Shown: piece by piece, positions 1 to 10,145 of the stretch
How the letters are laid out: every line of letters begins with the position of its first letter
Position numbering within the stretch: position 1 is the stretch's first letter
Assembly (NCBI GenBank): GCA_963714015.1
Contig: OY970223.1
Location: forward strand, 3,072,001 to 3,136,000
Length of the DNA: 64,000 nt
Direction of reading: 5' to 3'
Origin: Vulcanimicrobiota bacterium
GTDB lineage: Bacteria; Vulcanimicrobiota; Vulcanimicrobiia; Vulcanimicrobiales; Vulcanimicrobiaceae
Translations under genes and position numbers: made by a program
Notes under the pieces: generated by a model
The model's database searches: none
Told to the model about the DNA's origin: nothing
Seen by the model: only the letters and a program-made list of their open reading frames with translations

Positions 1-670
1 CTAATTGCCGCTTCCAGCGATGCGGCTCTTTGACGAGCCGGTACAGCCATTCCAGACCAAGCCGCCGCCACTCCTCCGGCGCCCGCTCCACTTTGCCGCT
101 GATGACGTCGAACGATCCCCCCACGCCGATTCCGGCGCCGCATCCGGTCAACGGCAGGTATTGCGCCAGCCAGTACTCCTGTCGCGGAAACCCCATGCCG
201 GCGAAGAGCAATCGCGCACCGCTTGCGCGAATCTGCGCCGCAACCTCCGCAGATTCAGCTTCGTTGAAATAGCCGTCGCGAGCGCCGGCCAGCAATAAAC
301 CGGGATAGCGCTGCTGCAGCGTCCGAGCCGCCGCTTCGGCAACGCCGGGCGAACCGCCGAGCAAGTACACCGCAATCCCATCGCGTGCCGCGCGCCCGCA
401 AAGATGTTCGATCAGCTCCACGCCGGTAACGCGTTCGCGCAGTGTCGCCCCCCGCGAGCGAGCCACTGCGAGAAGGCCCACTGTATCGCAAAGCGAGAGC
501 GCGCAGGCGTTGATAATGTCCCGATACCCCCTATCGCGCTGCGCATGCACGACCATTTCCGTGCCCAACGTAACGATCTGCGCCCCGGCACCGCTGCGCG
601 CAAAACGCAGAATCGCGTCGGCGGCCGCGTCGGCATCGATCGGATCTAGGCGACAGCCGAGAATTTCCAC
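1..670 (-). CDS. WecB/TagA/CpsF family glycosyltransferase (3' end runs off the window)
   Basis: Hand translation from GTG at 670: MEILGCRLDP...ERVTGVEL...GARDGYF...LFAGMGFPRQEYW...IGVGGSFDVISGKVERAP..WRRLGLEWLYRL..EPHRWKRQ, the typical TagA motifs. Missing from the ORF track because there is no stop in the window. Confidence 0.88.
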   Translation of the reverse strand, partial: MEILGCRLDPIDADAAADAILRFARSGAGAQIVTLGTEMVVHAQRDRGYRDIINACALSLCDTVGLLAVARSRGATLRERVTGVELIEHLCGRAARDGIAVYLLGGSPGVAEAAARTLQQRYPGLLLAGARDGYFNEAESAEVAAQIRASGARLLFAGMGFPRQEYWLAQYLPLTGCGAGIGVGGSFDVISGKVERAPEEWRRLGLEWLYRLVKEPHRWKRQL

Positions 671-1539
671 TTTTCGATGAGCGGACGCAGCCCTCTCGCC
701 ACTGCTTCAGGCATTGCATCCAATGGCAGACGGCATTGGCCGGCCGCGAAGCCGAGCTCACGCATCGCCCACTTAACCGCGATCGGATTCGTCACCGAGA
801 ACAGTCCGTCGATGAGCGGCAACAGCGAGAGATGAATGCGCGCAGCTTCGTCCATGCGGCCCGCGCGATATGCGTCGACCATTTCCGCGTACTCGATCGA
901 GCAAAGGTGTGATGCCACGCCGACCACGCCGTCCGCGCCCAGGGCCAAACACGGCAAGAATAAATGATCGTCACCCGCATACACGGTGAATCCCTCCCTG
1001 CGATCCTTGAGAATCATGCCGATCTGCTTGAGATCGCCGCTGGACTCTTTTACGCCGGCAATGTTGGCGTAGCGGCTCGCGAGATCCAGGAGTGTTTCGG
1101 GGAGCATGTTGGATCCGGTGCGGCCAGGGATGTTGTAGATGATGACGGGCAGCGACGTCGCTTGCGCAATTGCGCCAAAATGCGCGCGCATGCCGCTTTG
1201 CGGCGGCTTGTTATAGTAGGGCACGACGGCAAGAATCGCGTCGGCACCGGCCTTTTCCGCTGCGGCAACCGCCGCGACGGATTCGCGCGTATCGTTCGTT
1301 CCGGCATTCGCAATCAGCGTCGCGCGGCCGCCGACGGCGTCTTTCACCGCTCGAAACAGGGCGATCTGCTCGTCCGAGGTAAGCGTCTGCCCTTCGCCGG
1401 TCGAACCGGCGATCACCAGACCATCGTGGCGCCGATCCGCCAGCCAGATCGCCAGCCGCGCCGCTTCGCTGTAATTGACCTCGCCGCGTTCGTCGAACGG
1501 CGTAATCATCGCCGTCGCTATTCCGCCGAGCTTTTTCAT
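646..1539 (-). CDS. dapA: 4-hydroxy-tetrahydrodipicolinate synthase
   Basis: TAMITPF, GSTGE, PYYNKP, IYNIPGRT and GVKES motifs. Start taken at MKKLGG, overlapping the aspartokinase stop. Confidence 0.95.
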   Translation of the reverse strand: MKKLGGIATAMITPFDERGEVNYSEAARLAIWLADRRHDGLVIAGSTGEGQTLTSDEQIALFRAVKDAVGGRATLIANAGTNDTRESVAAVAAAEKAGADAILAVVPYYNKPPQSGMRAHFGAIAQATSLPVIIYNIPGRTGSNMLPETLLDLASRYANIAGVKESSGDLKQIGMILKDRREGFTVYAGDDHLFLPCLALGADGVVGVASHLCSIEYAEMVDAYRAGRMDEAARIHLSLLPLIDGLFSVTNPIAVKWAMRELGFAAGQCRLPLDAMPEAVARGLRPLIEKWKFSAVA

Positions 1540-2759
1540 ACCGGCTCCCTCACGTTTTGATTTTGCTCCAGATGGAATTCGTCGTGAACCGCCTGTTCGG
1601 CCCGCTGGGCATCCGTCGACGGCACCAGCACCGAGATCGTGATGCTGCTGTCCGTGGTGTGGATGATTTCTACGTTTGCAGCCGAGAGCGCGTTCACGAC
1701 GCGATAGATGACGCCGGGCGTGTAGCGCATGCCCGCACCGACTACCGAAAGTTTGGAGCAACCTTCTCGAACCCGCACCGCCAAGTTGAGATCGCCGAGC
1801 AAGTGGCGAATCTCGCTGCCCCGATCTCCTTCCACCACAAACATCACGCCGGCTTGATTGATCGTTACTTGATCGATCGATATGCCGGCGTCAGCCATGC
1901 GTTGGAACATCTGCAGCTCCACTTGCATGCGACGATTCCGATCCTCGATATCGCCGCGAATGACGCGAATCCACGTGACACGTCCCGAGGCCGTAACGCC
2001 CGTGACCGGTTTCTCTTCGTCGACGTGCTCGTCGACGACGGTCCCAACTCCCGTGCGCAGCCCCTTGATCGCATACCGCGTCCCGGTCTTCTGCGCATAA
2101 TCGGCGGCCTTATGGTGCATCACTTTGGCGCCGTGCTGAGCCAGTTCCGTCATCTCTTCTAAGCCGGCGCGTTCGATCATGTGCGCGCCTTCGATTCGCC
2201 GCGGATCGCCGGTCATGGCACCGCTTACGTCCGTATAAATGTCGACGCTCTCGGCACCGAGTGCGTGTCCCAAAGCAATCGCGGTGAGATCCGTACCGCC
2301 GCGTCCGAGTGTCGTGATCTCGCCGGTTTCGGTGATGCCTTGAAAACCCGCGACGACCGGAATCGCACCGCTTTCCAGTACTTCGCGCACGCGCGCCGGC
2401 TCGACGCGCACGATCTTTGCATCGCCGCTCTTCGCGTTCGTGATGATACCTGCTTGCGCGCCCGTCAGCGGAACCGAAGCTAAACCCGCTTCTTCGAGCG
2501 CGGCCGCAAACACGGCTGCAGAAATGATTTCGCCGCACGCCAGCAGCATGTCGCTTGCGCGCGTGCCCGAACGCCCGCCGATCAACGCCAGAAGCGAATC
2601 GGTCGCATATGCGTCAGGCTCGCGGCCCATGGCGGAAACGACCGCTACGGGGCTACGTCCGCGTTCGCGCTCTTCACGAAGCCGCTCTATCGCGACGCCG
2701 CGCAGCTCCGGTGTGGAGACGGACGTTCCGCCGAATTTTAAAACGACGAACGCAGTCAT
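1536..2759 (-). CDS. dapG: aspartate kinase (DapG/aspartokinase I-like) with C-terminal ACT domains
   Basis: LKFGGTSV, VVSAMGR, VAGFQG, TTLGRGGTD and YTDV motifs; lies between asd and dapA. Confidence 0.9.
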   Translation of the reverse strand: MTAFVVLKFGGTSVSTPELRGVAIERLREERERGRSPVAVVSAMGREPDAYATDSLLALIGGRSGTRASDMLLACGEIISAAVFAAALEEAGLASVPLTGAQAGIITNAKSGDAKIVRVEPARVREVLESGAIPVVAGFQGITETGEITTLGRGGTDLTAIALGHALGAESVDIYTDVSGAMTGDPRRIEGAHMIERAGLEEMTELAQHGAKVMHHKAADYAQKTGTRYAIKGLRTGVGTVVDEHVDEEKPVTGVTASGRVTWIRVIRGDIEDRNRRMQVELQMFQRMADAGISIDQVTINQAGVMFVVEGDRGSEIRHLLGDLNLAVRVREGCSKLSVVGAGMRYTPGVIYRVVNALSAANVEIIHTTDSSITISVLVPSTDAQRAEQAVHDEFHLEQNQNVREPV

Positions 2760-3664
2760 GAGGCGCGGCGAGACATCAGCAATTCGAGAATCTGCACGCC
2801 GTTCGTGGCCGCCCCTTTGCGCAGTTGATCGCCGACGATCCACATTTGGAAACGCCGCCCGTCGCAGGGGCGCAAACGGGCGACGTGCACCATATCGGTG
2901 CCTTCGACCTCGCGCGGGGTAACGATCCCGTGCGGATGAAACACGATTCCGGGCGCGCGCTGCAAGGCCGCGCTCAGTTCATCTACCGTCGTGTCACGCT
3001 CGGTCTCGAAAAACACCGCTTCGGAATGTGCCGTGCGAACCGGAACGCGCACCGTGGTCGCAAAGAGCGGCAGCTCCGGAAGCTCGAGCACTTTGCGAGT
3101 CTCCTCGCGCACCTTGTCCTCTTCGCTCGTATAGCCGTTGGGCTCCATCGTCCCGATCTGCGGCACGACGTTGCCAATGACGTTGCCTTCACCGCGTTCG
3201 AACTCTTCCAGCGCGGCCCGTCCCGCACCGCTTATTGCTTGGTACGTCGCGACATTGACGTGTGCCAGCCCCGCGGCGTCTCGAACCGGTGCAAGTGCAA
3301 CGCACAGGATGATCGCCGTGCAGTTGCCGATCGGAAAAAGGCGATCCTGAGGACGAACGGCGTGCGCGTTTACCTCGGGAACTATCAGCGGCACGTCGGG
3401 CGTCAGGCGAAACGTGGAGTCGTTGTCGATCACGATCGCGCCGCGGTCGATCAGCGCCGGCGCGTACTGCAAGCTCGCGTCCTCCGAGCTGGCGAAAAAC
3501 ACGGCGTCGAAATCGGCCAGCGCCTCGTGCGTCGTTGCCTGCACGTTATCGCGCGTGCGCGACGCGAACAATCCCAAACGATCCACGGGCACGCGCCGCT
3601 CCTCGAGCACACGAACGATGGTCTCACCGACGACGCCGGTCGCTCCGACGACGGCTATGTTCAC
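2756..3664 (-). CDS. asd: aspartate-semialdehyde dehydrogenase
   Basis: VGATGVVG, PLIVPEVN, catalytic NCT, YQAISGAG, RVPV..AHSE and DQLRKGAATN motifs. Confidence 0.93.
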   Translation of the reverse strand: MNIAVVGATGVVGETIVRVLEERRVPVDRLGLFASRTRDNVQATTHEALADFDAVFFASSEDASLQYAPALIDRGAIVIDNDSTFRLTPDVPLIVPEVNAHAVRPQDRLFPIGNCTAIILCVALAPVRDAAGLAHVNVATYQAISGAGRAALEEFERGEGNVIGNVVPQIGTMEPNGYTSEEDKVREETRKVLELPELPLFATTVRVPVRTAHSEAVFFETERDTTVDELSAALQRAPGIVFHPHGIVTPREVEGTDMVHVARLRPCDGRRFQMWIVGDQLRKGAATNGVQILELLMSRRAS

Positions 3665-4386
3665 TTGAAAAGGCGCTCCCCGGAGGCGCCGCTCAAAAAC
3701 ACGTCTAGCCCGACGTGCAGGCCGCGCAAATTACGGGCGTTGCGAACGGCGAGCAGAATGCCCGCTGCAAAAGACGCCGCCGAGAGCGAGTCGTGGCGAA
3801 TCGTGAGAAGCTCGCCGGTGTTTCCGCAGATGACTTCTTGGTGAGAGACGGCGCCTTGAAGCCGCACGCTGTGAATCGGAACGTTTGCCGGTCCGCCGGC
3901 CGCGCGAATCCGCTCCGCGGTCGCGGAAGCCGTTCCGCTGGGTTTGTCTCGTTTATCGTGACGATGCGTCTCGACGATCTCGATCGTCGGGAAATACCGC
4001 GCGGCTTCTTCGGCAAATCGCATCATCAAGACGGCTCCGATGGCAAAATTCGGCACGATCAGCGCGCCGAGATTGTGCTTCGACGCCAGGGCGTTAAGTT
4101 CGGCACGATCGTTCTCGTCCCACTCGCTCGAGCCAACAATCGGAAAAACCCCATGCTCGAGGCACGCCCGCGCAGCCTGCTGCGTGACGGGCCGCACCGT
4201 GAAGTCGACGAGCACGTCGGGCGTGGTCTCGCGCAGCAGCACTTCGAGATTGCCGTAAATGCGTTCCGCCGGATCGGCGCTGCGCGCGAAACCGCCCGCG
4301 AACTCCAAATCCGGCGCCGCGTCGATTACCTGCCGCGTGAGCCGCCCCATGCGGCCCGACGCGCCCGAAACGGCGACCTTCAGCAT
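3661..4386 (-). CDS. dapB: 4-hydroxy-tetrahydrodipicolinate reductase
   Basis: GASGRMG, VDFT, PNFAIG, ETHRHDKRDKPSGTA, HSVR and IRHD motifs. Confidence 0.93.
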   Translation of the reverse strand: MLKVAVSGASGRMGRLTRQVIDAAPDLEFAGGFARSADPAERIYGNLEVLLRETTPDVLVDFTVRPVTQQAARACLEHGVFPIVGSSEWDENDRAELNALASKHNLGALIVPNFAIGAVLMMRFAEEAARYFPTIEIVETHRHDKRDKPSGTASATAERIRAAGGPANVPIHSVRLQGAVSHQEVICGNTGELLTIRHDSLSAASFAAGILLAVRNARNLRGLHVGLDVFLSGASGERLFK

Positions 4387-4584
4387 CCGCTCCCCCAAGC
4401 CAGGGATATCGCTTCGTGTTTAGGGTATTCGGATTCTATTGTCGGTTCCTGCCAAGGACGACGCGGGTTGCACGCCTTAACAACCCGGGCCTGTGTTGAA
4501 TTGCTGTCTCATCGCCGGTTGCATTGTGACGGTCAAGCGTTGGTAGTAGATGTCCCGTCGCTTTGAAAGTTGCATGCCGAAAAA

Positions 4585-5279
4585 TTAGAACATGGCGTCG
4601 ATTTTTATGCGCCTTGCATCGCTAACGCCGGCCTGCCGCAATATTGCATCGAGGGCCGCGTTGTCTGGCGGAACTCCAGCCTGACGAAACATGCGAAGGT
4701 CTAACTCAATACCCTCCATCGCTGCGGGCTCGTAATTGTTGTGCAGCTGCGCTTGGTAGTTTGACCAAACGAGTTTAGCGTCGTTAGCCTTATTAGCCGC
4801 AATGTATTCCGCCCGGGCCTTCGGGTCCGAAATTTGGTCCGAGTTCGGGCATGAGCCAAGTCTACCCCAAGGCTCAGGCGGAGGTACGCAGCCCGCCGTG
4901 GGGAGGTCTTTGAGATCGTGCGGGTCATACGCTGGGTCGTAAACGCTTTCAATGTGTCGTAGTACCTGCGCCCAACCCTGAATTAGGTGGCGACGCCGCA
5001 ATATATATCCTTGAGCTTGACGATGGCGACAAGTCAACGGCGGCAGTAATATCCTCTATCGCAATATCGAGGTCATTGAGGGACCGGGATTGCTCAAAAC
5101 GTCGGAGCGCTTCCGTCGCTCGGGGAATAAACGCCTCGGCACGAGCGCCCATAGCAGTCTGTCATCGGGGTGTTAGTCGTCGACTGCGCTTCCGCAATTT
5201 CTTGTCTCGGCAGCATAAAACATAGGGCTACGCAGCAAGCGATTCTTAGGATACTTCCGTATCGAAACTCCGGTGACAT
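4585..5279 (-). pseudogene. hypothetical exported protein split over three frames (frameshifted, or assembly error)
   Basis: Overlapping ORFs 5094-5288 (signal-peptide-like ILRIACCVALCFML..AEA), 4949-5152 and 4585-5037 can be joined by two single-base shifts. AT-richer than the flanking genes. Confidence 0.45.
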
Positions 5280-5423
5280 CGTTCTCATAAGACGCTCCTT
5301 AAAATCCGTGTCGGGACATTAAGAAAACGCCCGGGAGCGGTCAACAACGTATTTCCGATTTGTATGTTAGAAGATCGGGGACGGCTTGCTGACCTCACCA
5401 ACAATGACATCCGAATCGTGTTT

Positions 5424-7579
5424 TTACAGCTTTCGAGGGGCGCGTATTTCAGCATCACCATCTTCTGCCCGACGTTCGGGAAGTCGATCGTCACCAAACC
5501 ATCGCCCCCCGCGCCGACGACGTCGCCGATGGTGCCTTCGCCCCACTTGGGATGCCGCACGCGGTCGCCTTTCTTCAGGTTCATGTTCATACCGGCGCCG
5601 GCAGTCTCATGAATGGAGACTTCACGCCAACGCCCGCCCGCCGGACGGGGAAGCACCACGCCGCCGAGCAGTTCGACATCCGGCATCTCTTCCAAGAAAC
5701 GCGACTTGGGATGCGCGAAGGTGTTGCCGAAGAGCGTGCGCCGCTCGGCATACGAGAGAAACAGGCGATCCATGGCGCGGGTGACGCCGACGTACGCAAG
5801 ACGGCGTTCTTCTTCGAGTTCGGTCATGTCGACGAGCGCCCGCGAGTGCGGGAATACACCCTCTTCGAGCCCGGTAAGAAAGACGTTCGAAAACTCCAGA
5901 CCCTTGGCGCCGTGCATCGTCATCAGCGTCACGTACGACGCTTCCGGATCGAGCGCGTCGAGATCGCTGATAAGCGCAATGTTCGCGAGGAAGGTCGAGA
6001 GTGACGACTCGGCGTCGTTTTGCTCGAATTCGCGCGCTACGCCGACGAGCTCTTGCAAATTTTCCAGGCGCGTGCGCGCATCTGCCGTGTCTTCATTGCG
6101 AAGTTCGCGCAAATAGCCGGATTCTTCCATCACCGCAACGAGCAGGTCCGCAATCGAGTAGTCCGACCGGCGCTCGCGCAAATTCTCGATGAGTTCCGCA
6201 AAGCGCTCGAGTTCCTTGGTCTTCTTCGGAACGGCTTTCTTCAGCAGATCTTTGTCGAAGATCGCTTGTCCGACGGAGACGCGCGCCTCGTTCGCGGCGG
6301 TTACCAGGCTCGCCAAGGTCTGCTGACCGATGCTGCGACGCGGCACGTTGACGATGCGCTTGAACGCCAGCGCGTCGGCCGGATTCTCGATGTAGCGAAG
6401 ATAGGCGATGATGTCTTTGATTTCGGCGCGCGCGTAGAAGCCGACGCCGCCGACGACGCGGTACGGAATGCCTTCGCCGATGAGCGCTTCTTCGAATACG
6501 CGCGACTGCGCGTTGGTGCGATAGAGGACCAGGAAATCGCGATAGGCGGAACCCTCACGAATCAATTCCTTGATCTTCTCGACGACGTAGCGCGCCTCGG
6601 CGCGTTCGGTTTCCGCCGAAAACGCCGTGATCTTCTCGCCTTCGTTGCGCCGCGTGAAGAGCTTCTTGGGCTGACGCGTCTTGTTGTTGGAGACCAGAGC
6701 GTTGGCGGCGTCCAGAATGCGCTGAGTGCTGCGGTAGTTTTCCTCGAGCGTGAAGACCTTGGCGCCCGCGAAATCGTGCTCGAACCGCAGGATCATCTTG
6801 TAATCGCTGCCGCGCCACGAGTAGATCGACTGGTCGTCGTCGCCGACGACAGTGACGTTTTTGTGTTTTTCGGCGAGGATCGCAATGAGCCGGTACTGCG
6901 CGAAGTTGACGTCCTGATACTCGTCGACGAGAACGTATTGGAACTTCTTCTGCCATTTCGTGCGCGTCGCTTCGTCTTTTTCGAACAGGTCAATCGTGCG
7001 CACGATCAAATCGTCGAAGTCTAAGCTGTTCGATTCGCTCAGGCGCCGCTGATACTCGGTGTAGACATTTGCATAGCGCTCACCCAAGAACGACGTGTTG
7101 CGCTGGTGATACTGCTCGGGCCATACCAAAGAATTCTTCGCTTTGCTGATCTCGGCAAGGCACGCACCCGGACTCAACTGGCGCTCGTCGTAATCGAGAT
7201 CGGCCAGGATGTCCTTGATGAGCGCTCGCTGATCGGCGTCGTCGATAATGGCAAAATTCGAAGCGATTCCGGCTTTGCCGCCATCGCGGCGCAGAATGCG
7301 CACGCACATCGAGTGGAACGTACCGACCCATAGATCGCGCGCAGCCGTGCCGACCATCCGCTCGAGACGCGTTTTCATTTCGCCGGCGGCTTTATTGGTG
7401 AACGTCACCGCGAGAATGCGATCCGGCGCAATGTTCAATTCGTCGAGCAAATACGCGATGCGGTTCGTGAGAACGCGCGTCTTGCCGCTGCCCGCACCCG
7501 CAAAAATAAGACACGGGCCGTTGGCGTGACGAACGGCAGCGGATTGTACGTCGTTAAGGGCTTCGGTCTCCAAGATCAT
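5424..7579 (-). CDS. pcrA: ATP-dependent DNA helicase PcrA/UvrD
   Basis: AGAGSGKT, TFTNKAA, VDEYQD, GDDDQSIY, ENYRS, LMTMHGAKGLEF, EERRLAYV and C-terminal RVRHPKWGEG...KYAPLE. As written the frame reads on to 5285; adding one A gives the usual ...APLEKL* ending at 5424. Confidence 0.95.
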
Positions 7580-7698
7580 CCCGAGTGCCTTCGACACGGG
7601 AGCCATTTTCGCCTCGATGGGCCTTCGATACCTCAAGACTGCGCGCTATCGCGCTTCAGATACGGAAGACCCGATCAGCGATATTTGTCGTATTTCGG

Positions 7699-8826
7699 CT
7701 AGCGTGCCACCGACAGCGTCGCTGCCGGACGCGCAGCGAGCGCGTATGCACCGGCTAAATGTGCGAGTGTGGATTCCGCTCCCATATTCATGTTGACCGA
7801 GTCTTCATTAAGGCCGTCGAGACAGCCGCCGTTTCGCGCCATCACGACCCCGCGCGAATTGCGGCCGTAGTACCAGTCGAGTGCAATCTGCGCGGTGGTG
7901 CGGTACGCGGGATCGCCCGTCGCATCGTATGCCACGAGCGCGGCATCAACCATCGCGACCGCTTCCAGAGGTTGTTGACAATAGCGCGGTTTGGTGCCGC
8001 CGCGCCTAAACCACCCTTCATTCCCTACCGGAACGTACACGCCGCCTTCCATCGAAACGCGTTCGTAGAATTGGAACGTGCGCAGACCGATGGCCAGCAC
8101 TTCGTCGTCGCGCAGGGAGAGGCCGGACCGCATCATCGCTTCGGGCAAACGGGCGTTATCGTACGTCAGTTCGTTCTCGAACCAGTGCCAATTAGCGTCG
8201 CGCGTCTCCAGAAACCGAGTCTTCGATTGGTCCGCCAGACCACGCAAATGCTCGCGATACCGGTCGGCATCCGCTCCAGCCACGCTCGCTTCGGCCGCGT
8301 GCGAAAGGCCGATCATGGCATACGCTTGAGAGCGCGTGTACTGAAGCCAATCGAGCGACTGCAGGCCCTTGTCGAAGATCTTCTTACACGTGCGGCGCCA
8401 CGAGCCGCGCGGCGCATAGCGCATCCCGTATCCCATCGACCAAAGCGCCCGGCCGACGGAGTCATGCGTTCCGACCGTGTCCAGCCAGGTGCGATCGTAA
8501 CCCATGAAATTATGGAACCGCCCGTCCGGCATCTGCGCGTTCTGCATGAAAGACAAGTACGTCGAAGCCAGACGTTCGGCGGCTAAGTCATGCGGATCGA
8601 TCTCGAGTTTGGCGATCGCGACCATCAATGCGCGCGAGACGTCGTCGGTACAGTATCCCGTCGAACGATTCGGAACGTCCTCGACCGCGTGCTGAATAAC
8701 GCCCACGTCGTCGCTGAGCGCCATCAGATGCTCCAGCGTCGGCAGCGATCGGACGTTGTTCGGTGCCTCGGGGCCGAATCTATGCAGAATGAATGAGCTC
8801 CATTTCTTGCGGCGCAAACTCCGCAA
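7699..8826 (-). CDS. glycosyltransferase-associated (alpha/alpha)6 glycosidase-like protein; start codon uncertain
   Basis: DDVGVIQHA...GYCTDDVSRAL, WFENELTYDNARLP, QQPLE and NMGAESTLA match the domain usually fused or adjacent to GT4 enzymes. Overlaps the GT4 stop. Confidence 0.7.
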   Translation of the reverse strand: MRSLRRKKWSSFILHRFGPEAPNNVRSLPTLEHLMALSDDVGVIQHAVEDVPNRSTGYCTDDVSRALMVAIAKLEIDPHDLAAERLASTYLSFMQNAQMPDGRFHNFMGYDRTWLDTVGTHDSVGRALWSMGYGMRYAPRGSWRRTCKKIFDKGLQSLDWLQYTRSQAYAMIGLSHAAEASVAGADADRYREHLRGLADQSKTRFLETRDANWHWFENELTYDNARLPEAMMRSGLSLRDDEVLAIGLRTFQFYERVSMEGGVYVPVGNEGWFRRGGTKPRYCQQPLEAVAMVDAALVAYDATGDPAYRTTAQIALDWYYGRNSRGVVMARNGGCLDGLNEDSVNMNMGAESTLAHLAGAYALAARPAATLSVAR

Positions 8827-9985
8827 ACAATTTTCCGTATTCCGCGGCCACGTGCGGCCAGGTCATCTGCCGGCCGAAACGATATGCGCGGCGTTCCGTC
8901 GCGCGACGCAGCGATGGATCGTCCAGCAGAGCGGTAACGATGTGCGCAATCGACTTCGCATCGCGGAACTCGCACAAGAACCCGCGATGATGCGAGAGCA
9001 CTTCTTCCGCATACAGATACGGCGTCGAAACGATCGCTTTGCCGCAGCCAACGGCATACGCAAGCGTGCCGCTGACGATCTGCGTCGGGTTGAGGTAGGG
9101 GGTCAGATAGATATCGGTCGCTTCGAGATAGCTGACCAGTTCGTCGAAGTCGAGATACTTGTCGACGAGCTGCACGTTGTTCTGCAAACCATAATCGTGC
9201 ACGCGCTGAATCAGCGACTCGCGATACGACTCACCTTCCTGCCGGCGCACGACCGGATGCGTCTCTCCCAAGATCAGGTAGAGCGTCTCCGGGTGACTCG
9301 CCACGACGCGACGCATCGCTTCGATTGCGTACTCCAAGCCTTTGCCGCGATTGATGAGCCCAAACGTCGAGATCACCATGCGCTGTCCGATGCCGAACGA
9401 CGCTTTCGCCGCGTCAGTACTCCGGAATGGAACATCCGGAACGCCGTGATGAATGACTCGGATGCGCTGGGGATCGATGCCGTAAACGCCGGTCAGCAAA
9501 TTGCTGCCGGTTTGCGACAGAACGACGACGCAGTCCGAATGCGCGCAAAGCTCGCGCGTGACGCGCAGCATCACTTCGTCCGGTTCCGGTAAAACCGTGT
9601 GCAGCGTAAGAGCAACCGGTTTCTCGATGGCTTTGAGCGCATCGACCAGCCACTCGCCGCGCTCTCCACCGAACAAGCCGTACTCGTGTTGGATGTTGAG
9701 CACTTCCGCGGGATGAGCATTAACGATAGCGGCGATGTCGTGATATGCCTCGCGGCGATCTTGTTGTAAGCGTGCCACGACTTCAGGCCCGTACTGGCGG
9801 ACTTCACCGCCCGGTTCATCGATGGCGATAATTTCGGAACTAGTATGGAACGCGCGGTCGAACGACTCCACGACGTCCTTGGTAAAGGTCGCTATTCCGC
9901 ACTCCCGGGGAGGAAAAGAACCCAGGAAAAGGGTGCGCGGAACAGAGACCACGGCCAGCGCGTCTGAGGGTCTGCCAAGCACCAA
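8780..9985 (-). CDS. glycosyltransferase family 4 protein
   Basis: PPRECGIATF, IQHEYGLFGG, TFGLINRGKGLE, SGTLAYA and STPYLYAEE motifs. Confidence 0.88.
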   Translation of the reverse strand: MVLGRPSDALAVVSVPRTLFLGSFPPRECGIATFTKDVVESFDRAFHTSSEIIAIDEPGGEVRQYGPEVVARLQQDRREAYHDIAAIVNAHPAEVLNIQHEYGLFGGERGEWLVDALKAIEKPVALTLHTVLPEPDEVMLRVTRELCAHSDCVVVLSQTGSNLLTGVYGIDPQRIRVIHHGVPDVPFRSTDAAKASFGIGQRMVISTFGLINRGKGLEYAIEAMRRVVASHPETLYLILGETHPVVRRQEGESYRESLIQRVHDYGLQNNVQLVDKYLDFDELVSYLEATDIYLTPYLNPTQIVSGTLAYAVGCGKAIVSTPYLYAEEVLSHHRGFLCEFRDAKSIAHIVTALLDDPSLRRATERRAYRFGRQMTWPHVAAEYGKLFAEFAPQEMELIHSA

Positions 9986-10069
9986 CGATCTCCAAACGCC
10001 AGCTTGGGGAAGAGTTGAACAGTGCAGGAGGGTAAGCTGGCGACGACCTCCTACGGCTTCGAAGGTGTT

Positions 10070-10096
10070 ATACCCGAGCCATTCCTACTATAAAAC
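10070..10096 (-). promoter_or_regulatory. SigF/SigB-type (general stress) promoter candidate for the GT4 gene
   Basis: Minus strand reads GTTT-N17-GGGTAT, about 85 nt upstream of the GT4 ORF. Confidence 0.55.
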
Positions 10097-10145
10097 TCCT
10101 CACGAGCAGCAAAGGTTTCACCCGCCCGCTTGCTATGGAGGCCGG

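Noticed and set aside
2825..3844. Long antisense or alternate-frame ORFs (also 6020-7024, 9822-11027, 34010-35245, 36698-37912, 45263-46723)
   Set aside because: Shadow ORFs of well-supported genes in high-GC DNA, with no motifs of their own.
4387..4584. Possible lysine riboswitch upstream of the dapB-asd-dapG-dapA operon
   Set aside because: No recognisable L-box conserved elements; only one 7-bp hairpin (CGGGTTG/CAACCCG). An Rfam scan would settle it.
5285..5423. Apparent C-terminal extension of PcrA
   Set aside because: Explained by one missing A in GAAAAG; restoring it gives the normal ...APLEKL* end.
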